Assembly (NCBI GenBank): GCA_047495785.1
Contig: JBLDXI010000042.1
Span: 2,108,001-2,172,000 of the forward strand
DNA: 64,000 bases
Direction: 5' to 3'
Origin: Lepidodermella squamata
Taxonomy: Eukaryota > Animalia > Gastrotricha
Each line of letters starts with the position of its first letter. Position 1 is the stretch's first letter. A program made the translations under genes and the position numbers. The notes under the pieces were generated by a model, which was not told the origin of the DNA, did not search any database, and worked only from the letters and a program-made list of their open reading frames with translations. Shown piece after piece: positions 1 to 9,803 of the stretch.

Positions 1-468
1 GTTGTATTCGTTAACAGCGATCGAATGCAGGCGAGATCGTTTGCGATTATGTGGCCGGATTGGTGGCATATAGCCTGCGCGTCGATGTTACGGCCAAGCC
101 ATACGTTGTCAGCATCAGATAGGGCGATAAATATTCTGTAATCTGCTGAAAAAGAATATTTTGAAATAACACAAGTTTTATTCGAACATTAATAATTCGC
201 TCGATTTCTTTCAATTTTTTAAAGTATTTTACATTTTAGAATAATTTTCGAAAAGTTTACTAAATTTAATTTTTAACAAATCAAATTAAAATTAGATGAA
301 GAAAACACATACATCTCTACATTTCCAATCTGAAAGTCTGGAATATTTTTTTAACGGTTGATTATTGAAAATTTACTCACTTTTTTGACAAGCGAATCCA
401 TAGCCTTCGATCTTACTGACGGAGACAGCAGTTAGGATTAAAATAGCTTCAAAAATTGAACTCGACAT
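1..468 (-). CDS. Secreted protein, 5' part (exon 1 468-381, exon 2 145-<1); runs off the window
   Basis: ATG at 468 gives signal-peptide-like MSSSIFEAILILTAVSVSKIEG. GTGAGT donor at 380 and TTTTTCAG acceptor at 146 form a phase-1 join, and the frame stays open (TDYRIFIALSDADNVWLGRNIDAQAICHQSG...) to the window edge. Confidence 0.65.
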
Positions 469-1192
469 GGCGCTGAATTTACTGCGCCTTTTCATATGAG
501 CAAAATGCTGAATATTTTTACGGCCAGCCTGATGTAATTTATGTTCATTACAACTCCCGTGTTGGCTCGAGTGGCCTTATTACCGCAATAAATTGCATTG
601 CGTGTTATAGCTGAATGCTGAATCGATGATCTGCGTCAATTTATTACACACAAGGTCACGTATAAAAAAACACGAAAATAACGATTATTTTCTCATTTTT
701 ATTACACAAAGTTCGGCCAGTTTTCGTTCTTCTCCTGCAAGGGCCACGTGACAAAATTCGTGCCTGGTGTGACAAGTCAACCATATAAAAACCGAGACCG
801 CAAGAAATGGGATCCTTGCCGCATCAGCCGAAATAAAGTGGGACATTGAACCTTCGCGATTTGAAAGTGTAATTTCTCGGTCTGATGTGGGCGTTTTGCG
901 ATGTCGGTTTAATTAGGCCTAATTAGGTGTAGGCATCACTTGCCAAGTTTTCGCAAAACATTGATTTTTCCACACTCGGTTAACAGAATTGTCTTAATGC
1001 ACCAGCAACATCTCAGACGGTATTTTCCTTGAGAAAATTCAGAACCGGACCTTACGACTTGAGTTTACTGGGTAGTAATTACAACTAAAGATAATATAAG
1101 TATTTCAGAATCCTGATTTGAAGGTAACAAAACCTACATCCTACAATGCAATTCCTCTTTTGTTTCCGGTGATGGGTGATGGTAAAAGTTCA

Positions 1193-3466
1193 TCACTTTC
1201 TGGCGCTTGTATTTCCCAACGTAGTCTCGACTTTGTCAACTTTCCATCGCCAATGCCACGCGACAGCACTTGTGCCAGATATGATAAGCAAGCCGAAAGA
1301 AACCGCAGTTCTCTCAGTCACCGGTTGTCCCATTGTTATCGCTGCAATCAAAATCAGAGCCGGATACAACGTCATTGAGGCACAAGCCCCGATATACAGC
1401 GGCTTCAGCTCATCCAGTCCCTTCACGTGGCTCAATTGATAGGTTGGCAGCAAAGAGCTGAATAACATCAGGAAAATCGCTGCGCCAATGATTCCAAGTA
1501 AGCCCCAGGATGCCGGCCCAGATTCGCGGCAGTAGATCGACTTGGTTTCCACCATTTCATCTTTGATCTCATCGTAAAACGGCTCCCTGTTTAGCTCCAA
1601 TGAACAAGAGAAGCTCTGAATAAAAATCCATATAATGGATAGGCCAGTTATCACGACGAAGCAAACTCCCGTAGCCAGAGCTGTTTTTCGGTCAAGGCGT
1701 TTCCAAGCGCTTGGTGAAATTCCTATCGTAGCATGATTCAAATTGCCGCCATACATACTCGCTGGAGATCGACCGCCCGTGTTATGAACAGGTGTCACTT
1801 TTCGAATAAGCTCCGCGTAATAGGCGTCGATTTGCCCTCGAATATGGCGCATCAGCAGGTGCAACCGAGATGTTGTAGTCGCGAAGGTTAGCGATCCCCC
1901 AACAATTGCGAGGAATATCGAAGAAATCATTGGAACATCCTCGTTTGCGCCTAGACATGCTGCGACGTTCATGAGTACGCAACCGAAAGTTCCGGCAATG
2001 TTCGAAATTCGAAATCGACCTTTGATAAAGAAGAAAACTAGAATCTGGGCTATTGAAAACCCAACGGCAAGAAGGTAGATCGTGATTTGAACCCCTAAAG
2101 AAGTTCTTTCGATGACTACGCGGAGAGCAGCCCTATCTTTAGGCGGCGAGCCAAATGGCCAATCGATCTTTCGTAATACCTCGACGTCGAAATCGGTTGC
2201 TTCAAAGCTGCCTGGCTTCAACTGGAACCCTCGAATGACAGGGTAGATACCAGTTTTAGGGTTATAGGCATTTAGCCCCATTGGATCACCCTGGAAATGG
2301 CCCTCAGGACTGAACGTTTTCCGACCTGTTAGTCCGTAGAAATCAGAGTCTATCACAGCTCGACTGGTTTGCGCGAGAATCAACTCGGGGTATCTATCAT
2401 AGTCGGCCAAGCTAAGTCCAAAGTTACTTCTTAGCCTATTGTCAGTTCGATTCAGAGCTAACAGAGTCCCTGTTACCGCATCATGGTGAGTATGGGCGAA
2501 GAGTAGATTCTGAGGTAGTGTGGTCAGATTTTGTATAATCTGTTTGTGAAGAATCGACATGTTGATCCCGAATTCGCTAGACTTTGTGTTGTTCGTACTG
2601 ATATCAACCGGGCCGAAAACGAATGAGTGACTCGCCTGGTCTAGGTAAACCTGTTGCGGACATGAGCTGGGCAGGGTTGGCACGAACCCGCCGACCTGGA
2701 AGATGTAGACGTACCTCGGACCAGTTAGACCAGCTTTATGGGCTTCGCATATGAATTGATTCACCAAAGGAGCCGTTGATATAGATATCACTAGAACTCG
2801 AAGCCCGCTTTTCTTCAAAGTTTGAATGTCTTCGGGCGTGACTTCGTTATTCAAGATGTTGAAGTACGGTATTGTCAAGCCGAGTTGAACAGATTTTTCG
2901 TAGAGTAAGAAAGCAAGGGCGTAGTCGTTGACATTCGCTGAGTTGGTAAGGATTCCGAAGTCTCGCCAATTGCCAACGTTTTTGATGAAAACCGCTATGG
3001 AAAGCACCGCGACTCGCGATGTCGTAATAGAGATGTGAAGATATGGGTTCGCTTTTCGATCATCGAAAGACAACGCGCCGCATAAATTGCTCCAGGCAAC
3101 CATGTTGATTTGCCGCAGAAATGGCGAGACGGCCTTGCAACCGGTAGAAAACGCAGGTCCAACCATGATAGGAGCCTTGACTTCGTTAGGTTGAGCTTCA
3201 TAGCGAGTGAAGTCGATAACCTGCTTCGACGTGATTGTCCCTCGAACTTCGTCGTTGGAAACGAGTTCGACGTCGTAGTCGGGCAAAAAATCGCTGCGGT
3301 TGTTCGCAATGTCGACAATTAACTGAGCCGTGAATGTCATAGATGCGGCGATAATGGGATCCATTCCATTATACGGCTGGAAAATCAACACTTTCAGCTT
3401 TGTTTTGCTTTTAAACGTTGACGCCGAAGGAATTGTCAGGATCAGTATCAAAATGTTGAGTTTCAT
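1193..3466 (-). CDS. Orphan class C GPCR, GABA-B-like (Venus flytrap + 7TM), family A copy 1, intronless, ~757 aa
   Basis: Signal peptide; ANF-receptor/VFT motifs (NNRSDFLPDYDVEL, MVGPAFSTGC, ICEAHKAGLTGPRYVYIF, FYGLTG); seven hydrophobic segments; no nine-cysteine domain. First ATG at 3466. Confidence 0.9.
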   Translation of the reverse strand: MKLNILILILTIPSASTFKSKTKLKVLIFQPYNGMDPIIAASMTFTAQLIVDIANNRSDFLPDYDVELVSNDEVRGTITSKQVIDFTRYEAQPNEVKAPIMVGPAFSTGCKAVSPFLRQINMVAWSNLCGALSFDDRKANPYLHISITTSRVAVLSIAVFIKNVGNWRDFGILTNSANVNDYALAFLLYEKSVQLGLTIPYFNILNNEVTPEDIQTLKKSGLRVLVISISTAPLVNQFICEAHKAGLTGPRYVYIFQVGGFVPTLPSSCPQQVYLDQASHSFVFGPVDISTNNTKSSEFGINMSILHKQIIQNLTTLPQNLLFAHTHHDAVTGTLLALNRTDNRLRSNFGLSLADYDRYPELILAQTSRAVIDSDFYGLTGRKTFSPEGHFQGDPMGLNAYNPKTGIYPVIRGFQLKPGSFEATDFDVEVLRKIDWPFGSPPKDRAALRVVIERTSLGVQITIYLLAVGFSIAQILVFFFIKGRFRISNIAGTFGCVLMNVAACLGANEDVPMISSIFLAIVGGSLTFATTTSRLHLLMRHIRGQIDAYYAELIRKVTPVHNTGGRSPASMYGGNLNHATIGISPSAWKRLDRKTALATGVCFVVITGLSIIWIFIQSFSCSLELNREPFYDEIKDEMVETKSIYCRESGPASWGLLGIIGAAIFLMLFSSLLPTYQLSHVKGLDELKPLYIGACASMTLYPALILIAAITMGQPVTERTAVSFGLLIISGTSAVAWHWRWKVDKVETTLGNTSARK

Positions 3467-4054
3467 TTTCAAAAGTCTCTAGTACTGGAAATTTATAAAA
3501 ATGGGCGAAGAGTCACGCTCAATCTGACTTAATTACATAATCTTCCCTAATACAGTTCTATTACTAACCTACATGCTGAGTTCCAACTGGCCTCGCAATT
3601 TTTCTAATATTCAACCCCCAACTGTGCGTGGCTTCAAGTTCTTGAAACTTTTTTTTACCGATCTCGCGAACGTGGGCTGTTTCAATCTAGCCTAATTGCG
3701 TAATTAAGCCTAATTGAGTGGATTTGGTCCCTTGAAAACGGCAGTTCAGTACTTGATACTTACTGTCGAATTGAGAATTAGTGTTCAAAGGTTCCCGCGA
3801 AAACTTCATCATCACAGCCTCACACATAACCACACTGAGCTTTTATGAAGTTGCCCAAGTTTGCAGCCTTCATAACGCCGCAGCTTCTCGTACCTTGTAC
3901 ATTGGACTTGAATTAAAGGTTTACTGTTAGGCTAAGGGGAGTGAGGTCCTGAATGATCCAATACAAGCTAGGCTAGCACAACTCTAATTATATTAGCTAT
4001 TTATTATCTGGTAATTCAAGAAGTGGTTCGAAAAGTGGGTACCAATTCTCAATC

Positions 4055-5911
4055 TCCAAAGACCTAAATCTCAAATATCTGCGATTGAATATTAAATTTT
4101 CTGAGATAGGGGACGGCTCTGACCGTTGACGATTAAATATTGTATATACTTCTCGAAACTAACATCGACTACGTCAACTACGGCAAGCGAAGTTGTGGAT
4201 CGGCTGCCTGGCAATCAATCGAAGATGAGGCAGCTTCCATCCAACCCTAATAGGTTGGCTCTCGTGACAACGCTGTCATTTTTGCTGGCTTTCCTATCAG
4301 TCGTCACCTCTTCGGCAGTGATTCCTCCCCCCTCGGTACAGACCGGGCTCGAGGTTGCCCTGGTTTCCGAGACAGCGGCAAGTCAAAATCCAGGTCAGAC
4401 GGACAATTTTGAATTTTTGAATTTCATATCGGTTATGACGCCATTCGTAAACAACACCGAGGCCAAGCACGTGCCGCTCATGAAAATAATTCTTCTACTC
4501 GAAAGGATGCATCAGCTTGAAATTTGTTGCCCCATCAGTGTGCTTCCTAGCAACGGCGTGCTCAGATACGGCGTCACTAGCAACAGCGGCCCATCGGCCA
4601 CTACTATCCACGACGGTAGAACAACGGAAACGCTAACTCAGGAATGGCTTTCAATATTCTTCTGCTTCGCTGCGCGTGACCCCTTCCGCCAAGTTACTCG
4701 CCAGCGAGGTTTCATTTTGTTGATGTTGCTAATCTCGGGACTGTCACCGAACCCGGGACCGACTCAACCAGCTCAACTGGTACCGCCAACAATGGATCAC
4801 CAGGAACTAGTTGGATCGCGCTTTGCTCCGAACCTGCACTGCTTCGTGCAAGCAAATCTCAATGGCTTATTAACAAAAGACAAGCTTCCGAACCTAGCAG
4901 AGTTTGCGGAAGTAGTCCGTCCAACAGCAATCTTTCTTGGCGAGGTCAAAGTGCTGGATGGCTGCATGCCAAAATATGTTGACGACGCATTTGCAGAGAA
5001 CTTCAGCGTTCCTGAGGACCCATATTTCGGCTACGAATGTTTTTGGAAAGGTCGAGCGCATTCGGGTGGTGGAGGCGTCGGCTTACTGGTCTACAAAACA
5101 CACGCGGTGGTTGTCGAACGATCGCTGTCATCGAAAGTCTTTGAAAGTTATCAATGCGTTGTAACACTACCATCCGGGAAAATTCTTTCTATGACCTCGA
5201 TCTACAGGCGACCCAAGGGTTCCAGCGACGAGTTCAATAACAACGATGCCGACGATTTAGAGGAATTTCTTCTTCTCTGCAAAGACATCACGGCTGACTA
5301 CCACATCATCGGCGGAGACTTCAACTGGAACCTACGTGACGTAAATGTTGCTAGCGCGATGACTAAAGTGTTTGCTGACTTCGATCTACGACCAGCCTAC
5401 ACCCAACTAGTAACCCGACCCGCGTCTGAGAAATGCCTAGATCACTTCTGGACCAACATTCCTCAGGCCGAAATAGCGCAAACTGGCACGATCATGGGTC
5501 TCAGCGACCACTACGCGACATCGTTGGTTCTTGATAACGACGGCGAGGAAAAATCAAATCCCCCGACAAATTCAAAATTTCGCGACTACAACAGTGTTGA
5601 TACTGAACGACTCAATCAACTACTACAGGAGAAACTTGCGACGGTCAACGAGTCGGACGATTGCGAAACTTTCTGGTCTCAAATCAAACTCCGGCTTCTA
5701 GCAGTGATGGACGAAGTGGCCCCGTTGATCGACAAAGAACAAGCTAAAAAGCGAAATCGCCAAGCCAAGAAGAAGCATTTTGATCCAACGCTCACGCGGC
5801 GACAACGATTTTCAATTTTGTTGTTGTCTTTACTTTTCTATTGATCACTTGTCTGAGCTGTCCTCTTCTGGGCGTTATGGCTCTTTAAATAAATAAATAA
5901 ATAAATAAATC
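4055..5911 (+). mobile_element. Non-autonomous LINE derivative (CR1/L2-type), APE endonuclease only, (TAAA)n tail
   Basis: Absent from the paralogous site (16951 TACCAATTCTCAATCGAAAAAAG). AATC is duplicated at 4051-4054 and 5908-5911. TAAA repeat tail at 5886-5910. Confidence 0.85.
4225..5844 (+). CDS. LINE-derived ORF: hydrophobic leader, 2A-like NPGP motif, apurinic-like endonuclease; no RT domain
   Basis: APE motifs QANLNGL, GGGGVGLLV, SIYRRP, IIGGDFN, CLDHFWTN, GLSDHY; LLISGLSPNPGP ending at 4761; the ORF stops shortly after the post-APE linker (MDEVAPL). Confidence 0.8.
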   Translation: MRQLPSNPNRLALVTTLSFLLAFLSVVTSSAVIPPPSVQTGLEVALVSETAASQNPGQTDNFEFLNFISVMTPFVNNTEAKHVPLMKIILLLERMHQLEICCPISVLPSNGVLRYGVTSNSGPSATTIHDGRTTETLTQEWLSIFFCFAARDPFRQVTRQRGFILLMLLISGLSPNPGPTQPAQLVPPTMDHQELVGSRFAPNLHCFVQANLNGLLTKDKLPNLAEFAEVVRPTAIFLGEVKVLDGCMPKYVDDAFAENFSVPEDPYFGYECFWKGRAHSGGGGVGLLVYKTHAVVVERSLSSKVFESYQCVVTLPSGKILSMTSIYRRPKGSSDEFNNNDADDLEEFLLLCKDITADYHIIGGDFNWNLRDVNVASAMTKVFADFDLRPAYTQLVTRPASEKCLDHFWTNIPQAEIAQTGTIMGLSDHYATSLVLDNDGEEKSNPPTNSKFRDYNSVDTERLNQLLQEKLATVNESDDCETFWSQIKLRLLAVMDEVAPLIDKEQAKKRNRQAKKKHFDPTLTRRQRFSILLLSLLFY

Positions 5912-6440
5912 GAAAAAAGTTTCGAAGTAGAAGAATGACCTATATCGCTCACAGAAAATACTTGAATGGCGACGAAACGAACATGGATTGAAACACATTT
6001 AATCCCGCCATGCGCCCACAATCACTGACATGAGACATGAAACTGCACTAATATATAACTATCCGCATAATACTGAACCGTTTCGTCGATATTATTAGCC
6101 GCCAATTCAGCAACAGACGTTGTGATTCTTTTGCGCCCCCATGTGGGGTGAATCCTATAAAATAAGTACACTCTCAAAGTTGAAGCACAGTTTCGAACTT
6201 TCGCTACGTGTGGGTTCGATCGAATCGCGAAGTTAGTTCAAAGTACCCATCTCTCATTCACAGCTTTTATCTTGTACCGCAGTCACGTTTCGACCACGCC
6301 CACCAATGTTGAAAATGTCGAGCACGTCGATTCAATGTCAATCCAATTAACACGTATTTCTTTCGTTCGAAAAATTGGGCTGCACCCAACTTGTGCTATC
6401 CGATGAAGAACTTGTAAAGAAATTAGGTTGGTGATGCTGA

Positions 6441-7265
6441 TGTTACGACCCAAGTCTGAAAGCGACCACATCGCGGTCTGGTCGACCAGACCCCGACTGG
6501 GCATTACTCATGTTCCACGCCGCGCTTTGGTCGACCAGAATGCGACGGGCCTGCAATCTCTCTTATCAAACACCTTTGTCGGGCTTCGGCTCGTAGGTGT
6601 TAACCCAGGTACGGTGGGCTCCAAATCGAGAACAATGGACGCGCGTGCGCATTGTCCCGCCGTGCTCTGGCTCACACGCGCGCGCATGGGCCAGAGCCCG
6701 AATAAGTTTGATTTCAACTTTTACTAGTCATTCTATTTTTTATGTAGGTGGAAGCAAAAATAGTGTATTTAAGTGTCTATTAGCACGTGAGCGGCCACAG
6801 CTTGAGTCAGAAAAAATAACGGAATATTTAAAAAAGGCTCGATTATTACTATTAAACAAAAACAAACAAAAATCGCGAGTCAGTTAAGGCGCGCTGAATA
6901 TAGACAGTGCGTGAGACATACAGCTCGTGACTTTGCCATTTTTTTCGTAAATTTATATTAATTAAAAAAATGTTCGGCCACTCAACTCAGTCAATAAGCG
7001 CGGTCGGGCTCTGGCTCGCGCGCAACAAGTGTGAGCCAGAGCGCGGCGGGACAATGCGCGCGCGCGTCCATTGTTCTCGATTTGGAGCCCACCGTACCTG
7101 GGTTAACGCCTACGAGCCGAAGCCCGACAAAGGTGTTTGATAAGAGAGATTGCAGGCCCGTCGCATCCTGGTCGACTAGAGCGCGGCGTGGAAATCGACT
7201 ATGGCCACGTCGGGGTCTGGTCGACCAGACCGCGATGTGGTCGCTTTCGGACTTGGGTCGTAACA
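6441..7265. mobile_element. MITE with ~260-bp TIRs, TGT...ACA ends, 4-bp TSD (Ginger-like)
   Basis: Ends are TGTTACGACCCAAGTC and GACTTGGGTCGTAACA; CTGA on both sides (6437-6440, 7266-7269); the empty site is visible in the duplicate at ~17487. Confidence 0.9.
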
Positions 7266-8136
7266 CTGATACTTGAAATGATTTTATTGAAGCCGAAATC
7301 GAATCATTGCAAACTATAGCTTGATGGGGAACATTTTTAACATGTAACATGTAAAAAATAACATTATTTTGATATGAGTGAATATCGACCCTGATCGAAA
7401 ATGAGAAATACTTTTACGGTCCTCATACTGCCTTATTGATTGAATTGGTATTCCATGTCTAAACTGTGTTATAAGCTATAATTATTCTTAGGCATAGCTC
7501 TGGCACAGGTTGACGTTATCGGACCTACACTGGACCTCCAGGGTTTTGATTTGGCACAGCCTTGTTCACTGGCCACTGGTAAATTATAACTCAAGCTCAT
7601 CCTTCTAGCATCCGCCTGAATATATTTAGTTCACCCCGGTGGCTGACAGCCAGAGAAATAAATAATCAGCCGCTAAATTTAGGAGTCACCGCCATTCCCC
7701 TGTACTTCGTACACTGATTTCAGATTGAATAAGTAATCCGGTTTCACTGCAAGCGGTCCTTATGATTTATGATTAATCAGGATTGGTCATGTCCTAATTC
7801 CTAATTTCAAAAAACAACATAGGTTACTGAATTTTATTTACATATAAATATAACTACCGACAATCCTGCATAAAAATAGGTTGTAATAATCACGTGTACG
7901 TATACATTATATGTGTTGTTGTGCTGAATACCGTCTCGCGTTCCTTTCAAGAGAGGCAGCCAAGTTTCTATTACTCATAATATATTCGTAAGATAATTCA
8001 TCATTGTGTATAAAAACTTCCAAAAAACTTGATATAATGGTTTGAAATTCGTCACCCTGAAGATATGTAATATTGTCTCTTGGAGTCGTGGAAATATTTA
8101 GCTAATGCTCTAATAGTGATCCGGCAATCTCATATT

Positions 8137-8618
8137 ATGTCTTTCCTCCTAATCTGTTTTTTAATTTGGACATTGCCTGTTGCTGCTTCTACCCAGCCCA
8201 TCGTGCCTGAAACTGAAACGGCCATTGCTGCGACGGATGATCAAGAATCACCGGCAGTAGGCTTTGAAGCTGCGAATGCTACTGTATCGACTGAAATCAC
8301 TGATATCGACGCAACATCGAATCTATTCAACACAACTGGTAAGATTTTTGGCATTCTAATTTCCAGATTTTTCAAACCAGTCTTCCCGGAATAGATAAAA
8401 AGGCGCGAAGACTGAGACCAATCGTGCTGAAATTGCTGAAAGAAGGCAATGCGGAGATTACGGATCTGATTAGTCGAATTATCAACAGACTTCGTTTTAA
8501 AATGTGCATGTATATCTTCAAATGGCGTGCCCTCTGCAAGAACAGGGTGACGTTCTACCTGTGGGCGCAGTATCGTGCCAAAGAAATTATGTCTGGCAAG
8601 CATGACCATTTGCTATAA
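8137..8618 (+). CDS. Small secreted protein, family S member A (exons 8137-8338, 8395-8618); possibly C-terminally truncated
   Basis: Signal peptide MSFLLICFLIWTLPVAAS; 56-bp GTAAG..TAG intron; exon 2 is homologous to the gene at 13470 (KAR.L, LR...C, C.N.VTFY.WA, IMSGK). Confidence 0.7.
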
Positions 8619-9803
8619 TAAAATAAAATAAAGGACAGAAAAACTGATCATCAACGCTGTTCAGCTGGCAAACTGCTGGCAACGCTGTTCAAGAAAATGG
8701 CTTACCAGCCCATGCCAAGCACGTCTCAAATACATAAGGACGCATTGACCAAGCCACGCAGAAGGCGAGATCGCATTTAAGACCTGCCTAATCTGTTGGC
8801 TGGAATTGTCACAAAAACAGACGTGGCGTGAGGTGGTGACTTTTTTCCGAGAAGCGAGCCATACTTTGGGGTCTATTTTACCTAGTTTTCGCCGTTTAGT
8901 GGCTCTACTGGGCATTGGATTCATCCAATTTTCGAAAAAGTACAGTAAGTAAGTAAATAAGTAAGTAAAGTAAGTAATCTGTGTCTCGGAATGCGAATGA
9001 GTTTCCAGCGTTGTTCAGTGTTAATATTGGAAACATTGCTAATTTGTGAACTCAGACTTTTATAATCGAAGAATAAATTCGGACCTTCCCATATATCTCA
9101 GTATCATTTATTTTGACATTCTAAACTGGAAAATATGCCATTTCGAGTTTGTCCCTTAAGCAAGTGCTATTTTTGTTTCTATTGCTAAAAATAATTTGCT
9201 AATTTGCTATCAATAGCGCAAGCATCATAGAAACCCCCATGATGATTGGTTATTGTCCATTAACGGTAAAATAATGTTTCCTCCACAAGCTCCTTCATAA
9301 CAACAAGCTCACGGATTGCTTACATTTTTCTATGTTTTTTCTAACAAAATCTCTGATAAATCTCACTTTTGAAATTAGTAATAAAATGTGCAACTTTTGA
9401 CTTTCACCGTACGTTTTGTAGTACGTTTTGATAAATACATTATTATCATAAAGACCAATCACCCATATGCTCGCACACAAAATTCTCTCACTTGACACTA
9501 TTTGAAGTCACTGATGAGTTGGCTGCTATCACTTTGATTGGAGGCGTTCGATTGAGAAAGGGCCAGCGCGTGATATGGGACTCGGTGCGTGATGATGTGC
9601 GTTTTATTTTTAGAAAATCCGCCCAATTAACCTCTGCCATTGCATAGTAATGCATTGACATAGTTTTTGCCTCATCATTATAGCCTTACATGATGTCCGA
9701 ATACAATTAAGCTTCTGGTTCTTGAGTTACACGCATACCAACATTCCTAAGGTGCAAATAAAAGCGGAAATTATTTTATAAATATCAGCATTTTCACACT
9801 CAA

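Noticed and set aside
1118-3322. Short ORFs overlapping the GPCR (likewise within 9804-12077, 34278-36542, 61184-63920)
   Set aside because: Antisense or alternate-frame shadows of long coding regions.
6283-7350. Mirror-image ORFs on both strands
   Set aside because: They are products of the GC-rich TIRs of the MITE, not genes.
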